Origin: an uncultured Bacteroidota bacterium
Lineage (GTDB): Bacteria > Bacteroidota > Bacteroidia > Flavobacteriales > Flavobacteriaceae
Length of the DNA: 64,000 bases
Direction: 5' to 3'
NCBI GenBank assembly: GCA_902581145.1
Contig: CACHNE010000002.1
Location: forward strand, 19,531 to 83,530
The position numbers and the translations under genes were made by a program. Of the stretch, positions 39,107 through 49,067 are shown piece by piece. Below the pieces are notes generated by a model. The model made no database searches. It worked only from the letters and a program-made list of their open reading frames with translations, and was not told where the DNA came from. Each line of letters begins with the position of its first letter. Position 1 is the stretch's first letter.

Positions 39107-40933
39107 TTATATTGATTGCATTTTAACAAGATTGCTGTAAATACCATCATTTTTCATAAGTTCTTTATGAACACCTGATTCAATAATTTTTCCTTTTTCT
39201 AAAACAATAATTTTATCAGCATTTTGGATTGTAGATAATCTATGAGCTATAACTAATGAAGTCTTATTTTTCATCAGATTTTCTAAAGCATTTTGAACAA
39301 GCTTTTCACTTTCACTATCTAGAGCAGATGTTGCTTCATCTAAAACCAAAATTGGAGGGTTTTTTAGAACTGCTCTTGCAATACTTAATCTTTGTTTTTG
39401 ACCTCCTGAAAGTTTATTTCCAGAATCTCCAATATTAGAATCTATATGTTCTGGCATTTTGCTCACGAATTCCCAAGCGTTTGCAATTTTTAAGCATTCG
39501 ATTATCTCTTCATTTGTCGCTTCAGGTTTAGCTATGAGGAGGTTATTTTTAATAGAATCATTAAACAGAATTGAATCTTGGGTTACTAGTCCGATAAGAT
39601 TTCTTAAGGCATCTTTCTTTAAATTTTTAATGTTTATTCCGTCAACGTTTATTGAACCAGAGTTAACATCATAGAATCTACATATTAAATTAGCTAATGT
39701 AGATTTTCCACTTCCTGATTGTCCTACCAAAGCAAAACTTTTACCTTTTGGGATTTTTAAGTTTAGACCGTCTACAATGGTTTCATCTTCGTATGAAAAA
39801 GTGATATTATTGATTTCAATACCACTACTAAAAGATTCAATATTTTGTGCATTTTTATCTTCAACAACCATTGTTTCATTATCAATTATGTGAAATATTC
39901 TTTCAGCAGCTGCAGAAGCTTTTTTGACCTTGTATGTAGCTCTGCTTAAGGATTTGGCAGGTGTTAAAATATTATATGCAAGTCCAAGATAAACTATGAA
40001 AGCACTTGCATCTAAAGTGTTTTCTTTTAAAACCATAATTCCACCAAACCATAACACTCCGGCAATTGATGATATTCCTAAAAATTCGCTTAATGGACTA
40101 GCAAGATTTTTTCTGTTTAAAACACTGTTTGAAAATTTATAGAATCTACTTGTTGAGTCGGTAAATTTTTTAAAAAAATTTTTTTCTGCATTAAATATTT
40201 TTAAAATTTTCATCCCGGAAAGGGTTTCATCTACAAGCGAAATAAATTGACCTTGTTCTTTTTGAACTTTTAGAGATTTTCTTCTTAGTGATTTTCCAAC
40301 AACAGAGATAACAAATCCACATATTGGAATAAATATTATTACAAATAGACTAAGCTTTGGACTAATTAAAAACATTGAAATTAGAGTGAACAAGACCATT
40401 AGAGGATCTTTTACAATTAATTCAAAAATTGATAAAAATGAATTGTCTAATTCCTGAACATCAGATGATATTCTTGCAACTATATCTCCTCTTTTTTTTT
40501 CAGAGTAGAAGGAAAGAGATAATTTAATCATCTGTTCATATATATCATTTCTAATGTTTTTCACAACACCATTTCTAAGAAAGGTTATAAAAAACATAGA
40601 CAGATAGTTAAAAATATTTTTTAATAAAAATGTTATGATGATTATAGAGACCATAAAAATTAGTACATCATCGCTTCCAGAAGCCTTTTTTGTAGTTACA
40701 AAGTAGTTTAAATAATTTTCAACGTAATTAGCTGCTTCAGACATTCCTTGCCAAACAGGTGGATTATTGAGTTGTTCTGTCTGATTAAAAAGTACCTTTA
40801 GCATCGGAAACAAAGAAATCATGGATAGTGTCCCAAAAAATGCATAAAAAATATTTGAGAGTATATTCAGTATAAAATACTTTTTATAAACCCATGCATA
40901 TCCGAAAATTCTGTTAAAATAGTTAGTTTTCAT
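39107..40933 (-). CDS. ABC transporter, fused permease/ATP-binding (MsbA-like exporter)
   Basis: 608 aa. Six TM helices plus NBD: GQSGSGKST, LSGGQKQR, ILVLDEATSALD. Confidence 0.9.
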   Translation of the reverse strand: MKTNYFNRIFGYAWVYKKYFILNILSNIFYAFFGTLSMISLFPMLKVLFNQTEQLNNPPVWQGMSEAANYVENYLNYFVTTKKASGSDDVLIFMVSIIIITFLLKNIFNYLSMFFITFLRNGVVKNIRNDIYEQMIKLSLSFYSEKKRGDIVARISSDVQELDNSFLSIFELIVKDPLMVLFTLISMFLISPKLSLFVIIFIPICGFVISVVGKSLRRKSLKVQKEQGQFISLVDETLSGMKILKIFNAEKNFFKKFTDSTSRFYKFSNSVLNRKNLASPLSEFLGISSIAGVLWFGGIMVLKENTLDASAFIVYLGLAYNILTPAKSLSRATYKVKKASAAAERIFHIIDNETMVVEDKNAQNIESFSSGIEINNITFSYEDETIVDGLNLKIPKGKSFALVGQSGSGKSTLANLICRFYDVNSGSINVDGINIKNLKKDALRNLIGLVTQDSILFNDSIKNNLLIAKPEATNEEIIECLKIANAWEFVSKMPEHIDSNIGDSGNKLSGGQKQRLSIARAVLKNPPILVLDEATSALDSESEKLVQNALENLMKNKTSLVIAHRLSTIQNADKIIVLEKGKIIESGVHKELMKNDGIYSNLVKMQSI

Positions 40934-42636
40934 AAATCTATACTTTCAACTATTTCTTTAATTTTATTTTCTAATGTAGTATTCACTGATTCAAACTCAT
41001 TGATATTATCCAAATCAGCATTAACACTAATGTACATTTTAATTTTCGGTTCGGTTCCACTTGGTCTTAAAATAATTTTACAGCCATCAATTGATTCAAA
41101 TTCGATAACATTTGATTTTGGAAAATAAATTTTTTCATTCGTTTTATCTATTAAATTACTCTTTATCGACGTTGAATAATCACAAAAATATTTCACCCTT
41201 GATTCTGAAATAAATTTCAATGGGTTTTTTCTGTAGTTATCAATAAGACTTTTTATTTCTTCTTGACCTTTTTGACCACGTTTAACAATTGAAATTAATT
41301 TTTCTTTGTAAAATCCGTGAAGAACATAAAGCTTCACTAATTCATTGAATACACTACTATTATTTTCTTTATAGTAAGACATCATTTCGAAAGCAGCTAA
41401 ACTCGCTGTCAAAGCGTCTTTGTCACGAACATCATCACCTATCATCAGTCCATAACTTTCTTCTCCACCAACAATAAATTTCTGATCTGGAAAATCCTCA
41501 ATCATTTTGGCAATCCATTTAAAGCCTGTTAGACTTAATTTGTAGTCAACATTGTAATATTTGGCTATGTTTTTAATCATTGGTGTTGAAACTATTGTTG
41601 ACGCAATAAAGTAGTTTTTATTTAGTGTAATTGCTGTTTTTTTTCTTTTTAGAATATAATCAAACATTAATACCATTAATTGATTGCCGTTAATCAAGGC
41701 CAAATTATTATTAAAATCTCTTACAGCAACCCCTAATCTATCCGCGTCGGGATCAGTCCCTATTATCATTTCTGCATTTTCATCCTCTGCTAACTTTAAA
41801 GCTAAGTCAAGTGATTCAACTTCCTCTGGGTTTGGTGATTCAACTGTAGAAAAATCAGCATCAGGAGCCATTTGAGATTTAACATATTTAGCATTTTCAT
41901 ACCCCGCTCTTTTTAATAATTTTGAAATTATAGTGGATGATGTTCCGTGTAAAGCAGTGAAAATAATTTTACTAGATCTATTTTTTAAGTCAGTATTTAA
42001 TCCGTTTTTTAAACAAACATCAATGAATAAGTTGTCAATTTTTGTATCAATAATTTCAATTAATTCCTCCTTAAAATTAAAGTTGATATCATTGAAATTA
42101 ACTTGTTCGATTTCGTTTATTAATAAGTTATCAATCGGAGGAACAATTTGACCACCATCCTGCCAGTAAACTTTAAACCCATTATACTCAGGTGGATTAT
42201 GAGAAGCGGTTAGAACAATTCCACATGAACAATTTAATTTTCTAACCGCATATGAAAGTTCTGGGGTAGGCCTTAAATGTGAAAATAAAAACACCTTTAT
42301 ATCATTAGCAGAAAATACCTCGGCTACAGTTCTTGCTAACTCAACACTGTTGTGTCTGCAATCATAGGCGATAACAGCAGATTTATTACCGTCAATGTTT
42401 TTGTTTAAGTAATTTGATATTCCTTGAGTGTTCTTTCCTATTGTGTATTTATTTATTCTATTAGTTCCTACACCCATAAGTCCACGCATACCACCCGTTC
42501 CAAATTCTAAATTTTTGTAAAATGCATCATGTAATTTGGTTTTATCCTTTGCAAGAATATTTATTTTTTTTTGAGTTTGCTCACAAAAAGGATATTTAGA
42601 CCACTCTTCAATATTTTTATTTGCTGTGTCTTTCAT
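40930..42636 (-). CDS. phospho-sugar mutase (phosphoglucomutase/phosphomannomutase family)
   Basis: ATG at 42636 (track TTG at 42654). Active-site TASHNPPEYNG; metal loop GTDPDADR; GGEESYG. Confidence 0.9.
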   Translation of the reverse strand: MKDTANKNIEEWSKYPFCEQTQKKINILAKDKTKLHDAFYKNLEFGTGGMRGLMGVGTNRINKYTIGKNTQGISNYLNKNIDGNKSAVIAYDCRHNSVELARTVAEVFSANDIKVFLFSHLRPTPELSYAVRKLNCSCGIVLTASHNPPEYNGFKVYWQDGGQIVPPIDNLLINEIEQVNFNDINFNFKEELIEIIDTKIDNLFIDVCLKNGLNTDLKNRSSKIIFTALHGTSSTIISKLLKRAGYENAKYVKSQMAPDADFSTVESPNPEEVESLDLALKLAEDENAEMIIGTDPDADRLGVAVRDFNNNLALINGNQLMVLMFDYILKRKKTAITLNKNYFIASTIVSTPMIKNIAKYYNVDYKLSLTGFKWIAKMIEDFPDQKFIVGGEESYGLMIGDDVRDKDALTASLAAFEMMSYYKENNSSVFNELVKLYVLHGFYKEKLISIVKRGQKGQEEIKSLIDNYRKNPLKFISESRVKYFCDYSTSIKSNLIDKTNEKIYFPKSNVIEFESIDGCKIILRPSGTEPKIKMYISVNADLDNINEFESVNTTLENKIKEIVESIDL

Positions 42637-42701
42637 TGAATGAATTAAATTCAAAATTATAGTTTAACAATATTATTTCAGAGGTAATGTTGTTAAATAT
42701 A

Positions 42702-43649
42702 TCACAAATTTGTTTGCTTTTGGATTACGTACTGAGGGCTTTTATTAATACTTTTCAAGATTAATTCACCAATAAAGCCCATTGAGAAAAATTGACTACC
42801 GATTATCATTGTAACTAAACTTATGTAGAATTCAGGCCTTTCTGTAATTAGCCGGCCACCTGGGTTTACAAAAATTTTATCGTAACCTAGAAAACCAGCA
42901 AATAAAAAACCTGTTGTTAGCATAATCATTCCTAATGAACCAAATAAATGCATCGGTCTTTTCCCAAAACTAGAAATAAACCATATGGTAGTTAAATCCA
43001 GGAAACCATGTAAAAATCTGCTAGGTCCAAATTTTGTATTTCCATGTTTTCTTGGTCTATGATTCACAATTTTTTCACCAATCTTATGGTAACCCTCATT
43101 TTTGGCTAAAACGGGAATATATCTGTGCATTTCACCATAGACATTAATATTTTTTATGACATCTTTTTTATATGCTTTTAATCCACAATTAAAATCGTTT
43201 AACTTTATTCCTGAGGTAATCCTTGCAGCAAAATTGAAAATTTTTGAAGGTATGTTCTTGAATAAAATTGAATCAAATCTTTTTTTCTTCCATCCAGAGA
43301 CCAAATCATAATTATCATTTATAATCATGTCGTACATTTCAGGTATTTCTTTTGGATCGTCTTGTAAATCAGCATCCATGGTAAAAACAACATCACCATT
43401 ACAGTTCAAGAATCCAGCGTGTAACGCCTGAGATTTGCCGTAGTTTCTTTTGAATTTTATTCCTTTTATACAGGCGGAATTTTTAGAAAGTGTTTGAATT
43501 ACCTCCCAAGATTCATCAGTACTACCGTCGTCTATTAGGATAATTTCATATGTAAAGCCGTAACTAGACATAACTTCACAGATAGAATTGCATAATTCAT
43601 TCAGTGATTGACTTTCATTAAGAAGCGGTATTACAACGGATATATTCAC
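42702..43649 (-). CDS. family-2 glycosyltransferase, polyprenyl-phosphate sugar transferase type (GtrB/ArnC/DPM1-like)
   Basis: 315 aa, GTG start. DDGSTD, DADLQDDP, and two C-terminal TM helices. Confidence 0.85.
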   Translation of the reverse strand: MNISVVIPLLNESQSLNELCNSICEVMSSYGFTYEIILIDDGSTDESWEVIQTLSKNSACIKGIKFKRNYGKSQALHAGFLNCNGDVVFTMDADLQDDPKEIPEMYDMIINDNYDLVSGWKKKRFDSILFKNIPSKIFNFAARITSGIKLNDFNCGLKAYKKDVIKNINVYGEMHRYIPVLAKNEGYHKIGEKIVNHRPRKHGNTKFGPSRFLHGFLDLTTIWFISSFGKRPMHLFGSLGMIMLTTGFLFAGFLGYDKIFVNPGGRLITERPEFYISLVTMIIGSQFFSMGFIGELILKSINKSPQYVIQKQTNL

Positions 43650-43655
43650 CTGATT

Positions 43656-44171
43656 TTAAGATTTTTTAAAGATTAAAGCTATAATTAGTCCAAAAATTGC
43701 ATTTCTTAGAAGTGCATTTGCATAATTTTGAACAATAGCCATCCATGAGAATGAGTGGTTTTTTTGCATTTCATCCATTGTGAGAGCAATAACTTCAGAA
43801 GGAGAATTGAAATTTTCCATCATGGTTTTTGTAAAGACCATTATTTCTTCATGAATTAAATCCGCAGCAGCCGGATCAATAAATTTAAATAGTACAATGT
43901 TACCCATTGTAACAATCAAATATCCGATGGCAACACACAAAAAATACGCTGTAAAGGCCTCTTTGAAAGTTATAATTTGGTTTTGTATTTTTTTTGCACT
44001 GTATACAGAGTAGATACTTACAGCGAGTGTAGGTAACATGTAAGCTAGCATTATCCATGTATTTGTGAATAATTTCAGATCAATAACATAAATTAAAGCG
44101 GTGATAACAAATAAAAATGTACCTAGCTTAATTCCCAGATCAATTGTGTTTTTCTTAAGGTTAGTTTCCAT
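43656..44171 (-). CDS. DUF4199-family membrane protein
   Basis: 171 aa with four predicted TM helices. Family assignment from memory of Bacteroidota neighbours of this GT2. Confidence 0.65.
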   Translation of the reverse strand: METNLKKNTIDLGIKLGTFLFVITALIYVIDLKLFTNTWIMLAYMLPTLAVSIYSVYSAKKIQNQIITFKEAFTAYFLCVAIGYLIVTMGNIVLFKFIDPAAADLIHEEIMVFTKTMMENFNSPSEVIALTMDEMQKNHSFSWMAIVQNYANALLRNAIFGLIIALIFKKS

Positions 44172-44242
44172 GATTTTATAAAATTTGATTCAAATATACA
44201 AAAACGATATTCCAAAAAAATCAAATTAAATGACCACAACTA

Positions 44243-44272
44243 TTGTTTAGTATTAAAAAATCAATAAATTTG
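44243..44272 (+). promoter_or_regulatory. Bacteroidetes-type promoter of rpmE
   Basis: TTG (44243..44245), 19-nt spacer, TAaaTTTG (44265..44272), 19 nt upstream of the ATG. Confidence 0.65.
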
Positions 44273-44290
44273 CACCTCAAAATCAGTAAA

Positions 44291-44545
44291 ATGAAAAAAG
44301 GAATACACCCTGAAAACTATAGACTTGTTGCTTTTAAAGACATGTCTAATAATGATATATTTTTAGCCAAGTCAACAGCTCAAACCAATGAAACTGTTTC
44401 TGTTGAAGGTGTTGAATATCCCCTGATTAAATTAGAAATTTCAAGAACTTCTCATCCATACTACACTGGAAAAGCTAAGTTGGTTGATACTGCTGGAAGA
44501 ATTGATAAATTCAAGACTAAATATGCTAAATTCAACAAAAAATAG
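44291..44545 (+). CDS. rpmE: 50S ribosomal protein L31, type B (no CxxC zinc motif)
   Basis: ATG at 44291 gives MKKGIHPENY...SHPYYTGK (the track ORF begins at an upstream TTG that I read as the promoter -33 element). Confidence 0.93.
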   Translation: MKKGIHPENYRLVAFKDMSNNDIFLAKSTAQTNETVSVEGVEYPLIKLEISRTSHPYYTGKAKLVDTAGRIDKFKTKYAKFNKK

Positions 44546-44565
44546 TAGCAAAAAATATTAACTTA

Positions 44566-44602
44566 AAACCTCTCAAATACTCATTTGAGAGGTTTTTTTT
44601 TT
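44566..44602 (+). terminator. intrinsic terminator after rpmE
   Basis: Stem cctctcaaa (44569..44577) / tttgagagg (44584..44592), 6-nt loop, then T10 (44593..44602). The preceding A-run could make it bidirectional. Confidence 0.85.
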
Positions 44603-44630
44603 ACATTTAACCATTTACATAATTAATTAT

Positions 44631-45053
44631 ATGTCAAAAGTATATTTTAGGAATATTGAAAAAGAAGATTTAAATCAGGTATTCGTTCTTTTAAACCAAT
44701 TAAAACCTATAGATATTTCAAAAATTGACCCTGAAAAGGCTTGGGATAACTTTGTAAGTAATTCTAGTTCCAACTCAATTGTTGGAATATATGATAATAA
44801 GATTATTGCTTATGGTAGTGTTGTTGTTGAAAATAAAGTTAGAGGTGAGGTTGCTGGTCATATTGAGGATATAGTTGTTGACACAGAGGTCAGAGGTAAA
44901 ATGATAGGTGTGTCTCTTATCAAAGAATTGGTAAAAGTTGCCAAAAGAAAAGGATGCTACAGAATAACATTATTTTGCAAAGAATCGCTGATTAATTTTT
45001 ATTCAAGAAATGGTTTTGAGGTTAATAATATTGTAATGAAAAAATACCTCTAA
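44631..45053 (+). CDS. GNAT-family N-acetyltransferase
   Basis: 140 aa. Motif A region VDTEVRGKMIGVSLIKELV... Confidence 0.8.
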   Translation: MSKVYFRNIEKEDLNQVFVLLNQLKPIDISKIDPEKAWDNFVSNSSSNSIVGIYDNKIIAYGSVVVENKVRGEVAGHIEDIVVDTEVRGKMIGVSLIKELVKVAKRKGCYRITLFCKESLINFYSRNGFEVNNIVMKKYL

Positions 45054-46666
45054 TCTACTTTTCTAACATTCCTCAGATCCAATAAATTAGTAGAGTTTAT
45101 TTCCATACCAACAACATTTTCAGAAATAAATCTTACGACTTCGTCATAAAATAAAGGAACTATTATCGATTTTGATGTAATAATAGAATCCATTTTTTGA
45201 TACAATAATTTAGATTTTTCAGGGTTTGTTTCCTTTAATGAATTCTCATACATTCTGTCGTATTCATCATTGCTAAAATGAGTGTAGTTAGGTCCGTCTG
45301 GGGCAAGATTTTTACTGTAAAAAAGAGATAAATAATTTTCTGCATCTGGGTAGTCAGCTATCCAGCTAGCTCTGAAGAAATCTAAATTGCCATTTGCTTT
45401 AGCTTGCTTTAATGCAGATCCAGGAATAACATCGATATTAATTTCAATACCTAATTTCTCAAGTTCTTTTTGAATAAATTCACATAAATCAAGATAATTA
45501 CTTGAAGTGGTTAATGTTAATGAGGGTGTAGAATTGTATTTTTGTTTATAATTGTTTACATATGACTTAGCGAGTTCTGTATTGTATTTATTTATATTAT
45601 TTTTTTTGTAACCCGGTAACCCTGAAGGTATAAATCCTGCTTCTGCCGGAATACCAACTCCATTTCTTAAAAATTTCAGCATCTTTCTTTTATCAAATCC
45701 AATATTAATTGCTTTTCGAATTAGTTCCGATTTTATTTCATTTTTTTCAGATTTCAGGAAAAAGGCTAAATACTCAGTGTTTAAATAAGGCCCACGCAAC
45801 ATTTTAATTCTATCTTTATAGAACTCATTAAGTCTACCATCGTTAGTTATTATTTCATCTTTATATGAGTTGTCAAGTCCAGAAATAAAGTCAATTTTAC
45901 CTTTAACTAACTGTAAAAATTCACTTTGTTTTTCGGGCAAAAATGTTATTGCAACAGCTTCCAAGTAAGGCAATTGGTTTCCAATAGAGTCTTTTTGAAA
46001 ATAGTTCTCATTTTTTCTAAGTACTAGTTTAATGTTTTCTTCCCATCTCTTAAATTTAAAGGGTCCTGTACCTATTGGATTTGATCTAAAGTCATCATCA
46101 TAGAATTCAACCACATTTTTTGGTACAACTGAACAATATTTCATGGTAAGTAGGCCTAAAAATGCGTTAAAAGGGTTTTTCAATTTAATTTGAAAAATTG
46201 AGTCGTTTTTTGCCTCAAAATTATCGACTTTATCAAATATCCAACGTCCTGGTGAGGCATTTTTGGGATCTAATAATCTATTGAAGCTATATTCAAAATC
46301 ATAGGCAGTAACATTCCTCTTTTCAAGACTTGGATGTGGATGAAACTCCACAGATGTGTTAATAATAAATGTGTAAAGCTTACCGTTTTCTGAAATTTTC
46401 CAACTTTTAGCTACGGAGGGGACAACATTTAATTCTTTATCCATTTCAACTAGACCATTAAAAAGTTGATTTACTGCTTGAATATTTGCAATATCTTTAG
46501 CAAAAATTGGATCTAATGAATTTATATTCTTATGCTCATTATATCTAAAAACAGTATTTAAATCTGTAGACTTTCTTTCTTCACATGATGAAAAAATTAT
46601 AAGTAAAGCAATCAATTTAAAGTATAGATTTTCCTTAAAAATTAATATGTCGTGTTTGATAAACAT
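45050..46666 (-). CDS. ABC-type substrate-binding protein, family 5 (peptide/nickel type), lipoprotein
   Basis: ATG at 46666 gives MFIKHDILIFKENLYFKLIALLIIFSSC (lipobox). Track start 46738 would overlap mtaB by 34 nt. SBP_bac_5-like body. Confidence 0.8.
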   Translation of the reverse strand: MFIKHDILIFKENLYFKLIALLIIFSSCEERKSTDLNTVFRYNEHKNINSLDPIFAKDIANIQAVNQLFNGLVEMDKELNVVPSVAKSWKISENGKLYTFIINTSVEFHPHPSLEKRNVTAYDFEYSFNRLLDPKNASPGRWIFDKVDNFEAKNDSIFQIKLKNPFNAFLGLLTMKYCSVVPKNVVEFYDDDFRSNPIGTGPFKFKRWEENIKLVLRKNENYFQKDSIGNQLPYLEAVAITFLPEKQSEFLQLVKGKIDFISGLDNSYKDEIITNDGRLNEFYKDRIKMLRGPYLNTEYLAFFLKSEKNEIKSELIRKAINIGFDKRKMLKFLRNGVGIPAEAGFIPSGLPGYKKNNINKYNTELAKSYVNNYKQKYNSTPSLTLTTSSNYLDLCEFIQKELEKLGIEINIDVIPGSALKQAKANGNLDFFRASWIADYPDAENYLSLFYSKNLAPDGPNYTHFSNDEYDRMYENSLKETNPEKSKLLYQKMDSIITSKSIIVPLFYDEVVRFISENVVGMEINSTNLLDLRNVRKVD

Positions 46667-46704
46667 AATTAGTCGTAAATTTACAATCCTTTTAGGATAA
46701 AAAA

Positions 46705-48069
46705 ATGTTAGCAAAGAAAAAAGTCGCATTTCATACACTCGGTTGCAAATTGAATTTTACTGAAACTTCAACCATTGCCAGATCATTTGTTGAAAATGGT
46801 TATGAATTAACAGATTTTTCAAATAAAGCTGATTTTTATGTAATCAACACTTGCTCTGTTACTGATAATGCTGACAAGAAGTTTAAAAATATTTTAAATA
46901 AGGCTAATAAAAATAACCCTGATGCATTTAAAATTGTTATTGGATGTTATGCTCAACTTAAACCAGAACCAATTTCTAAAATTCAAGGAGTTGACTTGGT
47001 GTTGGGGGCTAATGAAAAATTTAATGTAGTTGATTATTTAGATACACTGAGTAAGGAAAATACTCATGTCTATTCATGTGATATCAATAAAGTAAATTCA
47101 TACGAAAGTAGTTTCTCGGTTGATGATAGAACCAGATCATTTTTAAAAATACAGGATGGATGTGATTACAAGTGTACATATTGTACAATTCCATTAGCTA
47201 GGGGAGTTTCAAGAAGCGATAGCCTTGAAAATATAAAAAATAATATTTCGCAGATTTCGGCTAAGTTTGTTAAAGAAATTATTTTAACTGGAGTAAATAT
47301 CGGTGATTACGGAAAAGGTGAGTTTGGTAATAAAAAACATGAAACAACATTTCTAGAACTAATTAAAGAATTAGACTTAACCAGTAAAATTGATAGATTT
47401 AGAATTTCGTCAATTGAACCAAATTTGTTAAAAAATGATATTATAGATTTTGTTTCAAAAAGTAATTTATTTGTTCCTCATTTTCATATACCTCTTCAAA
47501 GTGGATCGAATAAAATATTAGCAAGAATGAAAAGAAGGTATAAAAAAGAGCTTTATGAAGATAGAATCAATCATATACATTCAAAAATTGACAATTGTTG
47601 TATTGGCGTTGATGTTATTGTTGGATTCCCAGGCGAAACCGATTCAGATTTTCAAGACACTTACGATTTCTTATTAAATCTTGAAATTTCATATTTACAT
47701 GTTTTTACATACTCTGAAAGAGATAATACTGAGGCTGCAAGTATGAATGATAATATTCCAAAAAATATCAGAAATAAAAGAAGTAAAATGCTTAGGTCAC
47801 TTTCAGAAAAAAAGAAAAGAATATTTTATAATTCTCAGCTTAATAAGATCAGGCCCATTCTTTTTGAAACTGAAAATAAATTTGGATACATTCACGGGTA
47901 CACAGACAATTATATAAAAGTTAGGCATCCTTGGAGTCCTAGTCTTTCAAATAAGATTATATACGCAAAACTTTCAAAGATAGATAATGAAGGATTCGTG
48001 AGGGTTGAGGATTTCGATAAAAAAAATGAAAAAAACAAAGAATATTTATATTCTAATACCTACTGGTAG
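46705..48069 (+). CDS. mtaB: tRNA (t6A37) methylthiotransferase MtaB
   Basis: 454 aa. UPF0004 N-domain (TLGCKLN), radical-SAM CDYKCTYC, C-terminal TRAM-like region. Confidence 0.9.
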   Translation: MLAKKKVAFHTLGCKLNFTETSTIARSFVENGYELTDFSNKADFYVINTCSVTDNADKKFKNILNKANKNNPDAFKIVIGCYAQLKPEPISKIQGVDLVLGANEKFNVVDYLDTLSKENTHVYSCDINKVNSYESSFSVDDRTRSFLKIQDGCDYKCTYCTIPLARGVSRSDSLENIKNNISQISAKFVKEIILTGVNIGDYGKGEFGNKKHETTFLELIKELDLTSKIDRFRISSIEPNLLKNDIIDFVSKSNLFVPHFHIPLQSGSNKILARMKRRYKKELYEDRINHIHSKIDNCCIGVDVIVGFPGETDSDFQDTYDFLLNLEISYLHVFTYSERDNTEAASMNDNIPKNIRNKRSKMLRSLSEKKKRIFYNSQLNKIRPILFETENKFGYIHGYTDNYIKVRHPWSPSLSNKIIYAKLSKIDNEGFVRVEDFDKKNEKNKEYLYSNTYW

Positions 48070-48330
48070 CAAAGACTTATATTTTCTGTTTTTTCTGATA
48101 AACTTTGTAATAATTGCCGCTGTTGGAACAACACTAATATTTCTATCACGAATTATTTCCAAAACTTCTGAGATAAATAGTTCAGAAAATTCATCTTTAG
48201 ATTTCATTTCAGGAACAAAAATTTTTGTTAAGAAGATTTTTCTTTCTTGAACAGAATATTCTATGATAGCCAAACCACCACTAACTTTAGTTTCAAATTG
48301 TCTTAAAAAGCTGTTATCAACAATCTCCAT
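48046..48330 (-). CDS. small GNAT-like protein (YjdJ / Acetyltransf_CG type)
   Basis: 94 aa. The pattern RQFE...GGLAIIEY...VPE...V.P....F is typical of the ~90-aa family. Its last 24 nt overlap the mtaB 3' end convergently. Confidence 0.65.
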   Translation of the reverse strand: MEIVDNSFLRQFETKVSGGLAIIEYSVQERKIFLTKIFVPEMKSKDEFSELFISEVLEIIRDRNISVVPTAAIITKFIRKNRKYKSLLPVGIRI

Positions 48331-48411
48331 ATTAACACTTCTTTATTAAAAAGTTAAGTGCAAAAATAATAAATTTATACTAAATCATTAATTATCATAG
48401 TAATTACGAAT

Positions 48412-49065
48412 ATGAATAACCATATATACATGATGCCTGGATTAGCTGCCAGTTCCTTGGTTTTTGAAAATATCAGACTTGAAAACTCTAATTATCAACT
48501 TTACAGGCTTGATTGGATTCAGCCTAAAAAAAATGAATCTATAAAGTCATATTGCCTCCGATTATCAAAAAAAATAAAACACAAACAACCTATTTTATTG
48601 GGAGTATCTTTTGGTGGTATTATTGTACAAGAATTAGATAAAATTCTAAATGCAAAAAAGATAGTAATAGTTTCTAGTGTCAAGAGTCATGATGAATACC
48701 CAATGGTTTTTAAGATAGCTAGAGACTATCAGCTAAATAATGCATTACCATTTGGAATGTTTGATAACTTTATAAAATTTTCGCTTAAACTTAACATAAA
48801 CAAATTATACAAAAGAATCGACTTGGCTGAAAGATATCTAACCGAAAGAGACGAAAAATATCTTGAATGGGCTGTGTGGACATTATTAAATTGGAGGCAA
48901 GATAAATTCAGGGAAGATATAATCCATATTCATGGTGAAAAAGATAAGGTTTTTCCTATTGATAATATTTCAAATTGTATAAGAATAAAAGGAGGAAGGC
49001 ATGAAATGATTATATTAAGAGCAAAATGGTTTAATGAAAATCTGGTTTCATTAATTGAGGGGTAA
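48412..49065 (+). CDS. alpha/beta-fold hydrolase
   Basis: 217 aa. Nucleophile elbow GVSFGG; C-terminal His region (GGRHEM). Confidence 0.75.
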   Translation: MNNHIYMMPGLAASSLVFENIRLENSNYQLYRLDWIQPKKNESIKSYCLRLSKKIKHKQPILLGVSFGGIIVQELDKILNAKKIVIVSSVKSHDEYPMVFKIARDYQLNNALPFGMFDNFIKFSLKLNINKLYKRIDLAERYLTERDEKYLEWAVWTLLNWRQDKFREDIIHIHGEKDKVFPIDNISNCIRIKGGRHEMIILRAKWFNENLVSLIEG

Positions 49066-49067
49066 AA

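Noticed and set aside
48005-48250. 81-aa + strand ORF with a TM-like stretch spanning the mtaB end and the small GNAT gene
   Set aside because: It overlaps the mtaB 3' end in another frame and is antisense to the 94-aa GNAT-like gene, which has family-typical motifs. Most likely spurious.
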